Below, in pieces: positions 1 to 10,636 of a stretch of 64,000 nucleotides of DNA. Numbering within the stretch: position 1 is the stretch's first letter; each line of letters starts with the position of its first letter. Where the stretch lies: the NCBI GenBank assembly GCA_951406725.2, contig OX597833.1, positions 59,892,001 through 59,956,000 of the forward strand, read 5' to 3'. Both the position numbers and the translations under genes were made by a program. The stretch comes from Octopus vulgaris. Lineage: Eukaryota. A model generated the notes under the pieces. That model had not been told where the DNA came from and made no database searches. It saw nothing but the letters and a program-made list of their open reading frames with translations.

Positions 1-764
1 AACACTGTTGACATGGAGAGGGGAAGCTGGTATGCCTAGGAATCATAACCTAGGTGAGCCTGGTTCCCTTAGAATATCAGGAACTAACAGGCCAAAAGAC
101 TTGCTTGATAGTTCTTCCCCTGAAGAATTCTTCTGCTGTTTGCTTGTCCCAGGGTGAGTTTGCATTTACTGTGGCATGGCAGGGAGTCAATTGAAACATC
201 TATTTTGATGTCCAGTCTGTCCAAATGCCATCATTGAGAAAGCACATCTATGATAGTCAGACAATTATCTGCCCAGTTGCCACCAAGTTTTGGTTATATA
301 TTTTGGTACATCAACAATCTATTTGCTGCCATTTCAGCCTCTCCATATACAACCCACACCAACGCAGTGGACATCAGTCACATCAATGTCATTAGTCAGG
401 CAGATGTCCACCCACAGGCACCCCACAGTGGATATTAACCACATTTATAGGCCTTCCCTTCATAAATGTTAATCCCCCTCCTAACCTAACTTAGCACAAT
501 AACTGAATCAACCAAACTGCTGTGAGACCAATCCTTCTCTGTTTCCGTAATAGTTGCCACATGTTTAAAGAAGGAATTCTTATAATGTGGTTTTTGAAAA
601 TAGTTTTGAACTAAAACTTCAAGGAGACTGTTTTCGAAAATTTGATTTGGTGGTTTAATGAGGGGTCTGTTAGAGATAATGCAATTTCTGAAGAATTCAA
701 CATCTTGGGTAGATTTCTAATGCTTCTATACAGTATTTGTTTATTCATTCTAAATTACTGCCAT

Positions 765-1045
765 CATCATCATCGTTGTTGTTTTAACATCTAGTTTCCC
801 GTGTTCATATGGGTCACTTGAAATTTGTTGAAGCAGACTTTTTATGGCCAGACGCCCTTTCTGTTGCCAACACTCACCTGTTTCCAACTGAGGTAATATT
901 TCCCCATGATCAGACGTGTTTCACAGAGGAATGGAAACAAAGGGCATCTCTTGTGTCGTGGTGACACTTCTTTATGACTATCACACAATGTCAAGGCAAG
1001 TTGATAGTAACACTCCCCCTACCCATATATATATATATATATAAA
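765..1045 (-). mobile_element. Old family D-like (RTE-related) non-autonomous retroposon
   Basis: (CAT)n tail, then degenerate ttaacatc..ttcccgtg..atggg and tttttatggccagacgcccttt..gccaac, resembling family D copies at 7610 and 41070. Confidence 0.5.
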
Positions 1046-1066
1046 AACCTTCAGTCACAAATGACC

Positions 1067-1366
1067 ATGTATGTATGTATGTATGTATGTATGTATGTAT
1101 GTATGTATGTATGTATGTATGTATGTATGTATGTATGTATGTATGTATGTATGTATGTATGTATGTATGTATGTATGTATGTATGTATGTATGTATGTAT
1201 GTATGTATGTATGTATGTATGTATGTATGTATGTATGTATGTATGTATGTATGTATGTATGTATGTATGTATGTATATGTATGTATGTATGATGTATGTA
1301 TGTATGTATGTATGTATGTATGTATGTATGTATGTATGTATGTATGTATGTATGTATGTATGTATG
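1067..1366. repeat. (TATG)n microsatellite, about 75 units
   Basis: Directly visible; explains the MYVC and HTYI ORFs. Confidence 0.99.
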
Positions 1367-1367
1367 A

Positions 1368-1500
1368 TGAGTGAACCGGAGCAACGTGAAATAAAGTGTC
1401 TTGCTCGAGATCACAACACACAGCTCAGTCTGGGAATTGAACTCACAACCTCACAATTGTAAGTCCAACACTCTAATCACTGAGCTATATGCCTTCACAT
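1368..1500 (-). mobile_element. tRNA-headed CORE-like SINE fragment
   Basis: Reverse strand reads tagctcagtgattagag...gagttcaattccc (A and B boxes), then ctcgagcaagacactttatttcacgttgctcc; similar to the copy at 49141. Confidence 0.65.
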
Positions 1501-1539
1501 GCACACACTCATACACACACACAGACACGTATATACATA

Positions 1540-1665
1540 TGACAGGCTTCTTTCAGTTTCCATCTACCAAATCCACTGACAAGGCTTTGATCACCCTGGG
1601 TCTATAGTAGAAGACTCTTGCCAGAGATGCCATGTATTGGGAACCTTGTGGTTGGGAAGCAAATT
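1540..1665 (-). mobile_element. Family A SINE, old fragment interrupted by B and C copies
   Basis: ggcttctttcagtttccatctaccaaatccact...tatagtagaagac matches family A. Confidence 0.75.
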
Positions 1666-1679
1666 TCCTACCATTATAT

Positions 1680-1912
1680 ATTTCTTTACTGCCCACAAGG
1701 GGCTAAACACAGAGGGGACAAACAAGGACAGACAAACGGATTAGGTCGATTATATCGACCCCCAGTGCGAAACTGATACTTTATTTATCGACCCCGAAAG
1801 GATGAAAGGCAAAGTCGACCTCGGCAGAATTTGAACTCAGGACGTGATGGCAGACAAAATACGGCTACGCATTTCGCCCGGCGTGCTAACGGTTCTGCCA
1901 GCTCGCCGCCTT
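1680..1912 (-). mobile_element. Family B tRNA-headed SINE, monomer
   Basis: Full head ggcggcgagctggcagaa, B box gagttcaaattc, central gcctttcatcctttcggggtcgataaa; TSD TCCTACCATTATA. Confidence 0.9.
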
Positions 1913-1923
1913 ATCCTACCATT

Positions 1924-2313
1924 GTGGTGGAAGCACTCCGTCGGTAACGACGATGAGGGTTCCGGTTGATCCGAATCAACGGAACAGCCTGCTCGTGAAA
2001 TTAACGTGTAAGTGGCTGAGCACTCCACAGACACGTGCACCCTTAACGTAGTTCTCGGGGATATTCAGCGTGACACAGAGAGTGACAAGGCCGGCCCTTT
2101 GAAATACAGGTACAACAGAAACAGGAAGTAAGAGTGAGAGAGAGTTGTGGTGAAAGAGTACAGCAGGGATCACCACCATCCCTGCCGGAGCCTCGTGGAG
2201 CTTTTTAGGTGTTTTCGCTCAATAAACACTCACAACGCCCGGTCTGGGAATCGAAACCACGATCCTATGACCGCGAGTCCGCTGCCCTAACCACTGGGCC
2301 ATTGCGCCTCCAC
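1924..2313 (-). mobile_element. Family C tRNA-headed SINE, full length
   Basis: A box tggcccagtgg, B box ggtttcgattcc; 12-bp TSD TATCCTACCATT (1912-1923 and 2314-2325); near-identical to copies at 5004 and 40026. Confidence 0.92.
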
Positions 2314-3159
2314 TATCCTACCATTATAACCAGTCACACCTGCATCTCTATTGCTCCTGCCAATGACTAGAAAGCCATCTCATCTTGCTGCTGCTCATTC
2401 TTCAAATCTTTTGAAGTTTTATGTTCAATGTAATCCGCAGTCATCTATTTAGCCCCTCCCTCCCCCACCCCCGCAACGGAATCTCTAAACCCACCCCCTT
2501 CCTTCCACTTTCCCTCACCACCACCAACACCACCACCGCCACTGCCACCCTTCTATTGTGTTTCTAATCTTGACATTCTCCATTCAGAACCACACCCAAA
2601 TCACAGCAGAAAATGTGCTGTCTCAGGCAGATTTTTTGAAAATAAAGTTACCTAAGCTCCCTCATCCCTCTCTCTTTCTCTCTCTCTTTCACACACACAC
2701 ACACACACACACATACACACACGCTTGTGTGCACATACACACACGCACACATTTCATTACATGCACACATACACAGTAGTACGCTACACTTCACGCATTT
2801 ATCTTCCCCTACAAACTTGCAACTTGCATCCTGTGATACCTATCAATGAGCTGGCAGTAAACAAATAAACCAGTCACTCTGAGCTGGTGGTGGTGTGGTG
2901 GTGCTGCTATAGCAGTAGTTATGAAGGAGTTTTGGTGATGTACAGTTGAGCTATTGGGACAGCTTGTTGGAGGCAGCGTCTACACTTGGCTGGAGAGAGA
3001 GAGATAGAGTCCACAGTTGGCCAGAGTTGCGAGAAGGTAGTGTTCACAGCTGGCTGGGGATGGGTAGCATCTATGGTTTGTTGGAGGGAAGTAGTGTTAA
3101 TGGCTGGCTGGAATTCTTTTGGTGTCTACTTTTTCTTTCTTCCCTATCTGGTGATTTAA

Positions 3160-3378
3160 CCCTTTCGTTACCAACCCGGCTGAAACCGGCACTGGCTCTG
3201 GGTACAAATGTCTTGTTTTCATAAGTTTTGAATTAAAATCTTCCACCAAACCTTAATCACAGTTTATGTTCCTAACACTAACTGAATGATAACTGTTATT
3301 TTACTAAATTCTTTGTTATATTTAAAGTAATTGAAAAAAACACAGAGCATCTCAAAATAAAATACAGTACTGAAAGGG
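3160..3378. mobile_element. piggyBac-type MITE, copy 1
   Basis: TTAA-CCCTTTCGTTACC...CAGTACTGAAAGGG-TTGA; similar to 3410-3623. Confidence 0.8.
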
Positions 3379-3409
3379 TTGAAATATATAATAGAGAAAT
3401 AATTCTTAA

Positions 3410-3623
3410 CCCTTTTAATACCAACCCGGCTGAAACCAGCTCTGGGTACAAATGTCTTGTTTTCATAAGTTTTGAATTAAAATCTTCCACCAAACCTTTG
3501 TCGCAATTTATGTTCCTAACACCAGCTTAATGATAACTAAGTTATTTTACTCAATTCTTTGTTATATTTAAAGTAATTGAAAGAAACACAGAGCTTCTCA
3601 AAATAAATACGGTAATGAAAGGG
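3410..3623. mobile_element. piggyBac-type MITE, copy 2
   Basis: TTAA on both sides (3406-3409, 3624-3627); CCCTTT...GGTAATGAAAGGG termini. Confidence 0.85.
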
Positions 3624-4089
3624 TTAATGAGGAATCTGCTGGAGACGGTGGTATTTCTGTAGAGTTTAATGATACAGGTAGATGTTTCTAATGCTGCAAC
3701 ACAAGATTTGTTTATTGATTCTAAAATGTTGCCAATGTCTACAAATCCATTCCAGACTGCTCATTCTTCAGATCTTTTGAAGTGTTTTGTTCAACGTAAT
3801 TTGGTTCAATGCAAATAATAATAACAATAATAATAGTGATATTGTATTCTCTTATTGTCTGAACGACAACAAATGCGGTTACATTTGAGAAGCATTAGAA
3901 AAAGTGTGCGAGTAGATGGAAGGTGGGTGTGTTATAAATCTGAGGCAATGACAATTATAGTATACACATTATACACATATGCGATAGTCCCCAGAGTCAA
4001 TCAAGAAAGCTCCACTACCTAGAAGAACTTGCTCTGCCTCTCAACCGGTCATGTCCTAGCTGACAGATGTCCACTGACTTGGGTCACAA

Positions 4090-4760
4090 CTCCTACTCCT
4101 CACCAGCTGCTTTCTTATGAATTTTTTTCAAAGACAGCACCTCTCATCTTCTTCATCCTCATCTTCCCCTCCAAATGGAACTTGATAAGGTTGAAGAGGG
4201 TTTGACCAAAGAGGCAAGTGTCCCCTTTCAGCCTGTTTAACCTTGTCCACTCCCCAAACTCTTTCACCAAATAGAGAAGTACTTCCTGCTCTTTCTAGCT
4301 AAAGAAAGCTTGTGGGGTGATCTTCACAATGGAATCAGCCAGTAGCCAAACCTGCCCTGTACGCCATAGCTGTTTGACAAAACTCCGTTTTTCAGTATTG
4401 TTCAGACATTGAATGTGTACATATAGAGTGCTATGATTGTTGTATATGCATTTTGGATATTCCTGACTGACAGTACTTTTGTTTCTGTAGAGCAGTGCTT
4501 TTCAACATTTTTGCTGGAGTGGAACCCCAAGGAAACATTCCACTGGCTCGAGGAACCCCTGTGCAATAATTTAATAGTCTTATGCACACATATCTGCACA
4601 GGAGAATTAAAAATTACTGCCGATTTTAGCAGTTTTGTAACTTCTTGCGGAACCCCTGGACTGCTGTAGAGTAATATATCTTGAACTCTCAATAACCCCA
4701 TGTGACACTGCCAAGTCAGGGATTTCTGGAAGTTACAGTTTCTCCTTCAGATTCTTATTG
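4090..4760 (-). mobile_element. Decayed L1/Tx1-like LINE ORF2 C-terminus (zf-RVT region), split by a hAT MITE
   Basis: Minus-strand translation NFQKSLTWQCHMGLLRVQDIL, then YPKC..HIQC..FVKQLW..LVKEFGEWTRL..LIKFHLEGKMR, with stops and frameshifts. Confidence 0.55.
4493..4663. mobile_element. hAT (Charlie-like) MITE with damaged right TIR
   Basis: Starts CAGTGCTTTTCAAC, ends ACTG; perfect 8-bp TSD CTGTAGAG (4485-4492, 4664-4671). Confidence 0.8.
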
Positions 4761-5003
4761 GTGTCGTCATCATTTACTACCATCAGTTCTCTTTGGAACA
4801 CTAATAGGGTTTGGTGAGAGACTGTGAGTGCCTAACGGTCCTGGTGCCAGGTGCCTAGTTTTGGCCATCACTCGATTCAGGGTTGCAGTTCTGTCAAAGA
4901 GATGAGTTGTGGAAGAACATGACTGACAAAGGGTAACCACATCTGCTCACCATCCAGGAATCTGTGGAGATATCACAGCCTCAGTACATGTTTTTATATC
5001 ATC

Positions 5004-5397
5004 CAGTGGAGGCACAATGGCCCAGTGGTTAGGGCTGCGGACTCGCGGTCATAGGATCGCGGTTTCGGTTCCCAGACCGGGCGTTGTGAGTGTTTATTGA
5101 GCAAAAACACCTAAAAAGCTCCACGAGGCTCCGGCAGGGGATGGTGGTGATCCTTGCTGTACTCTTTCACCACAACTTTCTCTCACTCTTACTTCCTGTT
5201 TCTGTTGTACATGTATTTCAAGGGGCCGGCCTTGTCACTCTCTGTGTCATGCTGAATATCCCCGAGAACTACGTTAAGGGTGCACGTGTCTGTGGAGTGC
5301 TCAGCCACTTACACGTTAATTTCACGAGCAGGCTGTTCCGTTGATTCGGATCAACCGGAACCCTCATCGTTGTAACCGACAGAGTGCTTCCATCCAC
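5004..5397 (+). mobile_element. Family C SINE, full length
   Basis: tRNA-like head; 11-bp TSD TTTATATCATC (4993-5003, 5398-5408). Confidence 0.92.
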
Positions 5398-5913
5398 TTT
5401 ATATCATCTCCCACTGAATGCTCAGCCCTCCATAGTATTGTCAGCAAACAAACTGCCTGACTAATAAGAATACAAGGAGTGAAAGGAAAGCTAGTATGTT
5501 TAATATGGTCTGACAAAAACTAACACAAGATATGATGGGCAAGAGATAATGGAGATAATGTACGTGTATTTCATCTTTGCTTGATCTTTCCAGAATAGCC
5601 GTTTGTCAGCCAGTGGCATTTCCTGCTTAAATGCAAGATATATTCAATGCATGTTTAAAATTTATAAAATGAATGCCATAACAAATGCAGTTTGCTTCTT
5701 TCAGTTGTATGGCTTTGATTTTTAACATTGCATAGGAAGAAGATCACATCGTCATTATTGTTATTGATTATAGAGTTTTGATATTTAATATTGTATGCTC
5801 TGTCTTTAGTACGACTTGTGCCTATCCTACCAGTCCATTTCTAGGGGAGATTGGCCACTGTGCGTATAGTTTCCTCCCCAGTTCCTATCTCCCTGGAGAA
5901 TGCAAGCAACATA

Positions 5914-6076
5914 GGCGCAGGAGTGGCTGTGTGGTAAGTAGCTTGCTTACCAACCACATGGTTCCGGGTTCAGTCCCACTGCGTGGCACCTTGGGCAAGT
6001 GTCTTCTACTATAGCCTCGGGCCGACCAAAGCCTTGTGAGTGGATTTGGCAGACGGAAACTGAAAGAAGCCCGTCG

Positions 6077-6124
<48 letters not shown>

Positions 6125-6337
6125 CGTGTATGTTTGTGTGTCTGTGTTTGTTCCCCTAGCATTGCTTCACAACCGATGCTGGTGTGTTTATGTCCCCGTC
6201 ACTTAGCGGTTCGGCAAAAGAGACTGATAGAATAAGTACTGGGCTTACAAAGAATAAGTCCCGGGGGCGAGTTGCTCGACTAAAGGCGGTGCTCCAGCAT
6301 GGCCGCAGTCAAATGACTGAAACGGGTAAAAAAAAAT
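5914..6337 (+). mobile_element. Family A tRNA/CORE-type SINE (possibly octopus OR2-like), full length
   Basis: Head ggcgcaggagtggctgtgtggtaag, B-like box gggttcagtccc, CORE-like gcaccttgggcaagtgtctt, internal (TA)n(TG)n, tail cagtcaaatgactgaaac; more than 15 copies in the window. Confidence 0.9.
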
Positions 6338-6882
6338 AATGAACTGGTTTTATCAAATGGGCCCTAGTACTTAACTGGTACATGTTTTATTAACCCTGGA
6401 ACAATGTAGACTTCAGTTGATCTTGTCATAATTTGAACTTACAATACAAAGAAAAAACAAAGAAAAATGGGTACAGCTAAATATTTCAAAGCATTTTGTT
6501 GGAGACTATTACTACCATCCTCGCCCACCACTCACCACCATCTTCCACACAACCACCACCAAAATGAAAGCTAAATGTCAGTATTTCTACATTAAAATAT
6601 TCTGCAACTCCCTTTTTTAGTTCAGACATATTTATTGCATTTAAATTATATTTAAAACAAAAAAAAATTGAGTATAATATATTTTGCCAACTGTTTTATA
6701 TCCATAGCTTGTTCGTTCTTCCTATGGGGCATGGCTGGGTTGGCAGACAGCAGCAACAGTAGCAGCAGTGTTGGTGTTGCTGACATTTCTCTATTGCAAT
6801 TGTTTTTATAACTAACATCTCTCTTACTGTTAAACACAAGTGTGTGTGTGTGTGTATGTGTGTGTGTGTGTGTGTGTATACA

Positions 6883-6998
6883 TACTCTTTACTCTTTACT
6901 CGTTTCAGTCATTTGACTGTGGCCATGCTGGAGCACCGCCTTTAATCGAGCAACTCGACCCCGGGACTTATTCTTTTGTAAGCCCAGTACTTATTCTA
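6883..6998 (-). mobile_element. Family A SINE 3' fragment
   Basis: tttcagtcatttgactgtggccatgctggagcaccgcc tail. Confidence 0.85.
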
Positions 6999-7199
6999 AT
7001 TACAACACCTGAATGAGAAGTGCTGTTGTTAGAAGAGTGCGGCTCTATAGTTAAGGAACATATCATCTCAGGTTCAGTTCCACTGCACGGCACCTTTGGC
7101 AAGTGCCTTCTGCCATAGCCCCAGGCCAACCAAAGCCTTGTGAAAATATTTATAGAGGGGAACTGAAAAGATCCCAGCATGCACACGTGTGTGTGTGTG

Positions 7200-7590
7200 T
7201 ATGTCCCCTTGTCTGGATATCATGCGATGGTTGTAAACAAGCCAAAATAAAAATCAAATGGAAATTGTAGTTAAGATACCCGTGCCGGTGACACGTAAAA
7301 ACACCATCTGAATGTGGCTGATGCCAGCACCGCCTGACTGGCATCCGTGTTGGTGACATGTAAAAAGCACCAAACGATCATGGCCATTAGCCAGCCACCT
7401 CTGGCCCCTGTGCCGGTGGCACGTAAAAAGCACCCACTACACTCACGGAGTGGTTGGCGTTAGGAAGGTCATCCAGCCGTAGAAACACTGCCAGATCAGA
7501 CTGGAGCCTGGTGCAGCCTCCTAGCTTCTCAGACCCCGGTCGAACCGTCCAACCCGTGCTAGCATGGAAAACGGATGTTAAACGATGATG
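7200..7590 (+). mobile_element. Family D RTE-related non-autonomous retroposon
   Basis: Repeated gtgccggtggcacgtaaaaagcacc modules, tggcgttaggaagg-catccagccgtagaaac, 3' tail catggaaaacggatgttaaac(GAT)n. Confidence 0.8.
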
Positions 7591-7609
7591 ATATATATAT
7601 ATATATATT

Positions 7610-7780
7610 ATCATCATCATCATCATTTAGCGTCCGCTTTCCATGCTAGCATGGGTTGGACGGTTCAACTGGGGTCTGGGAAGCCAGAAGGCTGCACCAG
7701 GCCCAGTCTGATCTGGCAGTGTTTCTACGGCTGGATGACCTTCCTAACGCCAACCACTCCGTGAGTGTAGTGGGTGGTTT
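7610..7780 (-). mobile_element. Family D copy, inverted relative to 7200-7590
   Basis: Reverse complement of 7431-7590. Confidence 0.85.
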
Positions 7781-8433
7781 TTGTGTCTATGTTTGCCTCC
7801 TCCCCCACCATCACTGCTTGACAACCAATGTTGGTGTGTTTATGTCCCTCTAACTTAGCATAAGTACTAGGCTTAAGAAATAAGTCCTGGGGTCAATTTA
7901 TTTTATCAAAACTCTTTGAGGCGGAGCTCCAGCACGGCTGCAGTCAAATGACAAACAAGTAAATGAGTAACAGAATAAAAGAATATGTATATTCTAAACA
8001 ATCACATAATCCCAAATCTAATCAATAAAAAAATTACTTCAAAACACCTCTCCACAACAACTCCACTAAAACCCTAATTGCCACTCCACTCAAACTCACA
8101 CAATCAAGGAAGATTTTAACTGAATGGAGACTATATAGAGGCAAGGGTAACTTTAATGCATCACAGTCCAACACTGGCTTAGCTGACAACAGCATTCCTG
8201 TCAGAGAGTAATTAATGTGTTGTATTTCGAGGGATGGTCGTTTTTGTTTGTTTTTATTTTTTGGCTAAATAAACATACACACTATTAAGTGGAGCAGGAG
8301 CACACACAAAGATGGGAAGTGTCACTGAGGAGGTCACAGATGTATAAAAAAAAGATTTCTAGACAATGGACATGAGTTAAAATAAGAACAGATATATAGT
8401 AGGTGTGTTTATTTGGCAAAAAAAAAAAAAAAT

Positions 8434-8597
8434 GGCCAGGAGTAGCTGTGTGGTAAGTAGCTTGCTAACCAGCCACATGGTTCCGGGTTCAGTCCCACTG
8501 CATGGCATCTTGGGCAAGTGTCTTCTACTATAGCCCCGGGTCGACCAATGCTTTGTGAGTGGATTTGGTAGACGGAAACTGAAAGAAGCCTGTCGTA

Positions 8598-8638
<41 letters not shown>

Positions 8639-8842
8639 GTGTTTGTGTTTGTCTCCCTAGCATTGCTTGACAACCGATGCTGGTGTGTTTACATCCTCGT
8701 CACTTAGCGGTTCGGCAAAAGAGACCGATAGTATAAGTACTGGGCTTACAAAGAATAAGTCCTGGGGTCGATTTGCTCTACTAAAGGCGGTGCTCCAGCA
8801 TGCCGCAGTCAAATGACTGAAACAAGTAAAAGAGTAAAGAGT
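8434..8842 (+). mobile_element. Family A SINE, full length
   Basis: Head, CORE-like block, internal (TA)n and tail all present. Confidence 0.9.
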
Positions 8843-9008
8843 ATCCCAAAATACAACAATATCTGTTTCAACACATGGTTTCACATCAAGAATCTTGTAA
8901 CACAAACTGATAAAAGTTATAAATTTGTAGTCTATAAAAGTATTAAGTGACCCATCAGATTAAGGTGTAAAATTGTTTTTATTATAACTGAACATAAAAA
9001 CAAATATT

Positions 9009-9372
9009 AACAAGACCACTCAGAGAGCGCAAACCTCCACCAAAGCAACACCAACAACCTCCCTATGATTAGCCAGAGATGATTTTTAAAATGAGAATAT
9101 CTGAAATAAACTCGACTGCACTCACAAACGAGAATACTTAAAATGAACCCAACTGCTCTCAAAAATTAAGTAAAAAACCAGAAAAATAATCCAGATTCCT
9201 TGTCCGGTACTGAATTGATCCCCAAATCCAATCAGTTTATGCCAGTCATGAGGCCAAACATACCTGAAAATTTCATCCAAATCCTTCCAGCAGTTCTTGA
9301 GATATCTTGTCTATAGACAAACAAACACAACTGAAAATAATACTTCTGCCTACACTAAGGCGGGGGTAATAA
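9009..9372 (+). mobile_element. Non-autonomous Helentron/HINE-like element
   Basis: 5' aacaagaccactcagagagcgcaaacctccaccaa; internal acaaacaaac; 3' hairpin acttctgcct-acact-aaggcgggggt whose right arm also complements the 5' subterminal cctccacc. Confidence 0.55.
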
Positions 9373-9743
9373 ATATATATGTATGTCATTGTTTAGTTTT
9401 ATTTCAAGATTTCTTGCCAAGAAAGAGCTGGTTTTTAACCTAGATTCATTGGAATTTTAACACCAACAACAGGGTATGTATGTGTGTAGCATATAACTGA
9501 CTCATCTATGTTAGAAAGTTTATATGTTGTATCCAAGCTTGCAGAAATGTTAGAACTTTCAATGATGCGATGAGGAAACAGGTTATAAGGAAATTAGTGA
9601 TGATAGTCTGAGTGAGTAATTAAGGGTTTTATACTTGATGCTAGGAAGAGAGAGACAAACATGATTTGGTATGTGGAAAGGCTGTGTTGTAGCCAGAAGT
9701 CCTGTGACTTGATCCCACAATCATTGTTGGTGTTGATAGTTTT

Positions 9744-10131
9744 ATACTCTTTTACTTGTTTCAGTCATTTGACTGCGGCCATGCTGGGGCACTGTCTTTT
9801 AGTTGAGCAAATCGACTCTGGGACTCATTCTTTTGTAAGCCCAGTACTTATTCTATCGGTCTCTTTTGCCGAACCGCTAAGTAACGGAGACATAAACACA
9901 CCAGCATCGGTTGTCAAGCAATGCTAGGGAGACAAACACAGACACACAAACACACACACGCATATATATATGATGGGCTTCTTTCAGTTTCCGTCTACCA
10001 AATCCATTCATAAGGCTTTGGTCGGCCCGAGGCTATAGTAGAAGACACTTGCCCAAGGTGCCACACAGTGGGACTGAACCTGGAACCATGTGGTTGGTAA
10101 ACAAGCTACTTACCACACAGCCACTCCTGCG
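9744..10131 (-). mobile_element. Family A SINE, full length
   Basis: Reverse complement of family A. Confidence 0.9.
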
Positions 10132-10471
10132 GCTTTATATTTAGGAAGAGTAAACAACTTGGCTCATTGATAGTCTTCATTGTATCTATCCCAATGTTTT
10201 GAGTTCAAATCTCATCATAGCCAATTTTGCATTTCATTTTTTGATGGTAGTTTGAAATGTACCAGTAATATTAGTAGAAGTAAATTTTTTTCTCCCATAA
10301 ACAAATTGATTCTGAGCAGTCACTGGTAGAATTGAGTTTTTCTTTACATTCTGAGATAAATCCTGACTGGGTAGTCTTTGTGTTATGTACCAGTTATGAA
10401 CTGGGGTTGTTTAAATTGGCTGTTCACAGCCTCAGAATGTGTAGCCAACAGTCCTGTGACAAATAACTACT

Positions 10472-10605
10472 GCTCGGTTCAAAGTCTCCCTTGAACACAA
10501 ATGGCCTGAACTCTTTACATGAACACCACCCTGTACATAACTCCATGTCCCCCTACATGGCCTTGCTTTTTGCTTTTTGAGCCAAAATATTAACTAACTA
10601 ACTAA
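10472..10605 (+). mobile_element. CR1 LINE extreme 3' fragment
   Basis: Matches the 3' end of the CR1 copy at 54375-54780; (TAAC)n tail. Confidence 0.85.
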
Positions 10606-10636
10606 ATAAGCCATCATCGTTATTATTATGATAGCA

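Noticed and set aside
974-1462. ORFs with MYVC and HTYI repeats
   Set aside because: Translation of (TATG)n; the same applies to all YI, HT and CV repeat ORFs in the track
5008-5082. tRNA gene-like sequences (also 17118, 28183, 49141 and the A and B heads)
   Set aside because: A and B boxes are present, but there is no proper acceptor stem and they continue into SINE bodies with TSDs
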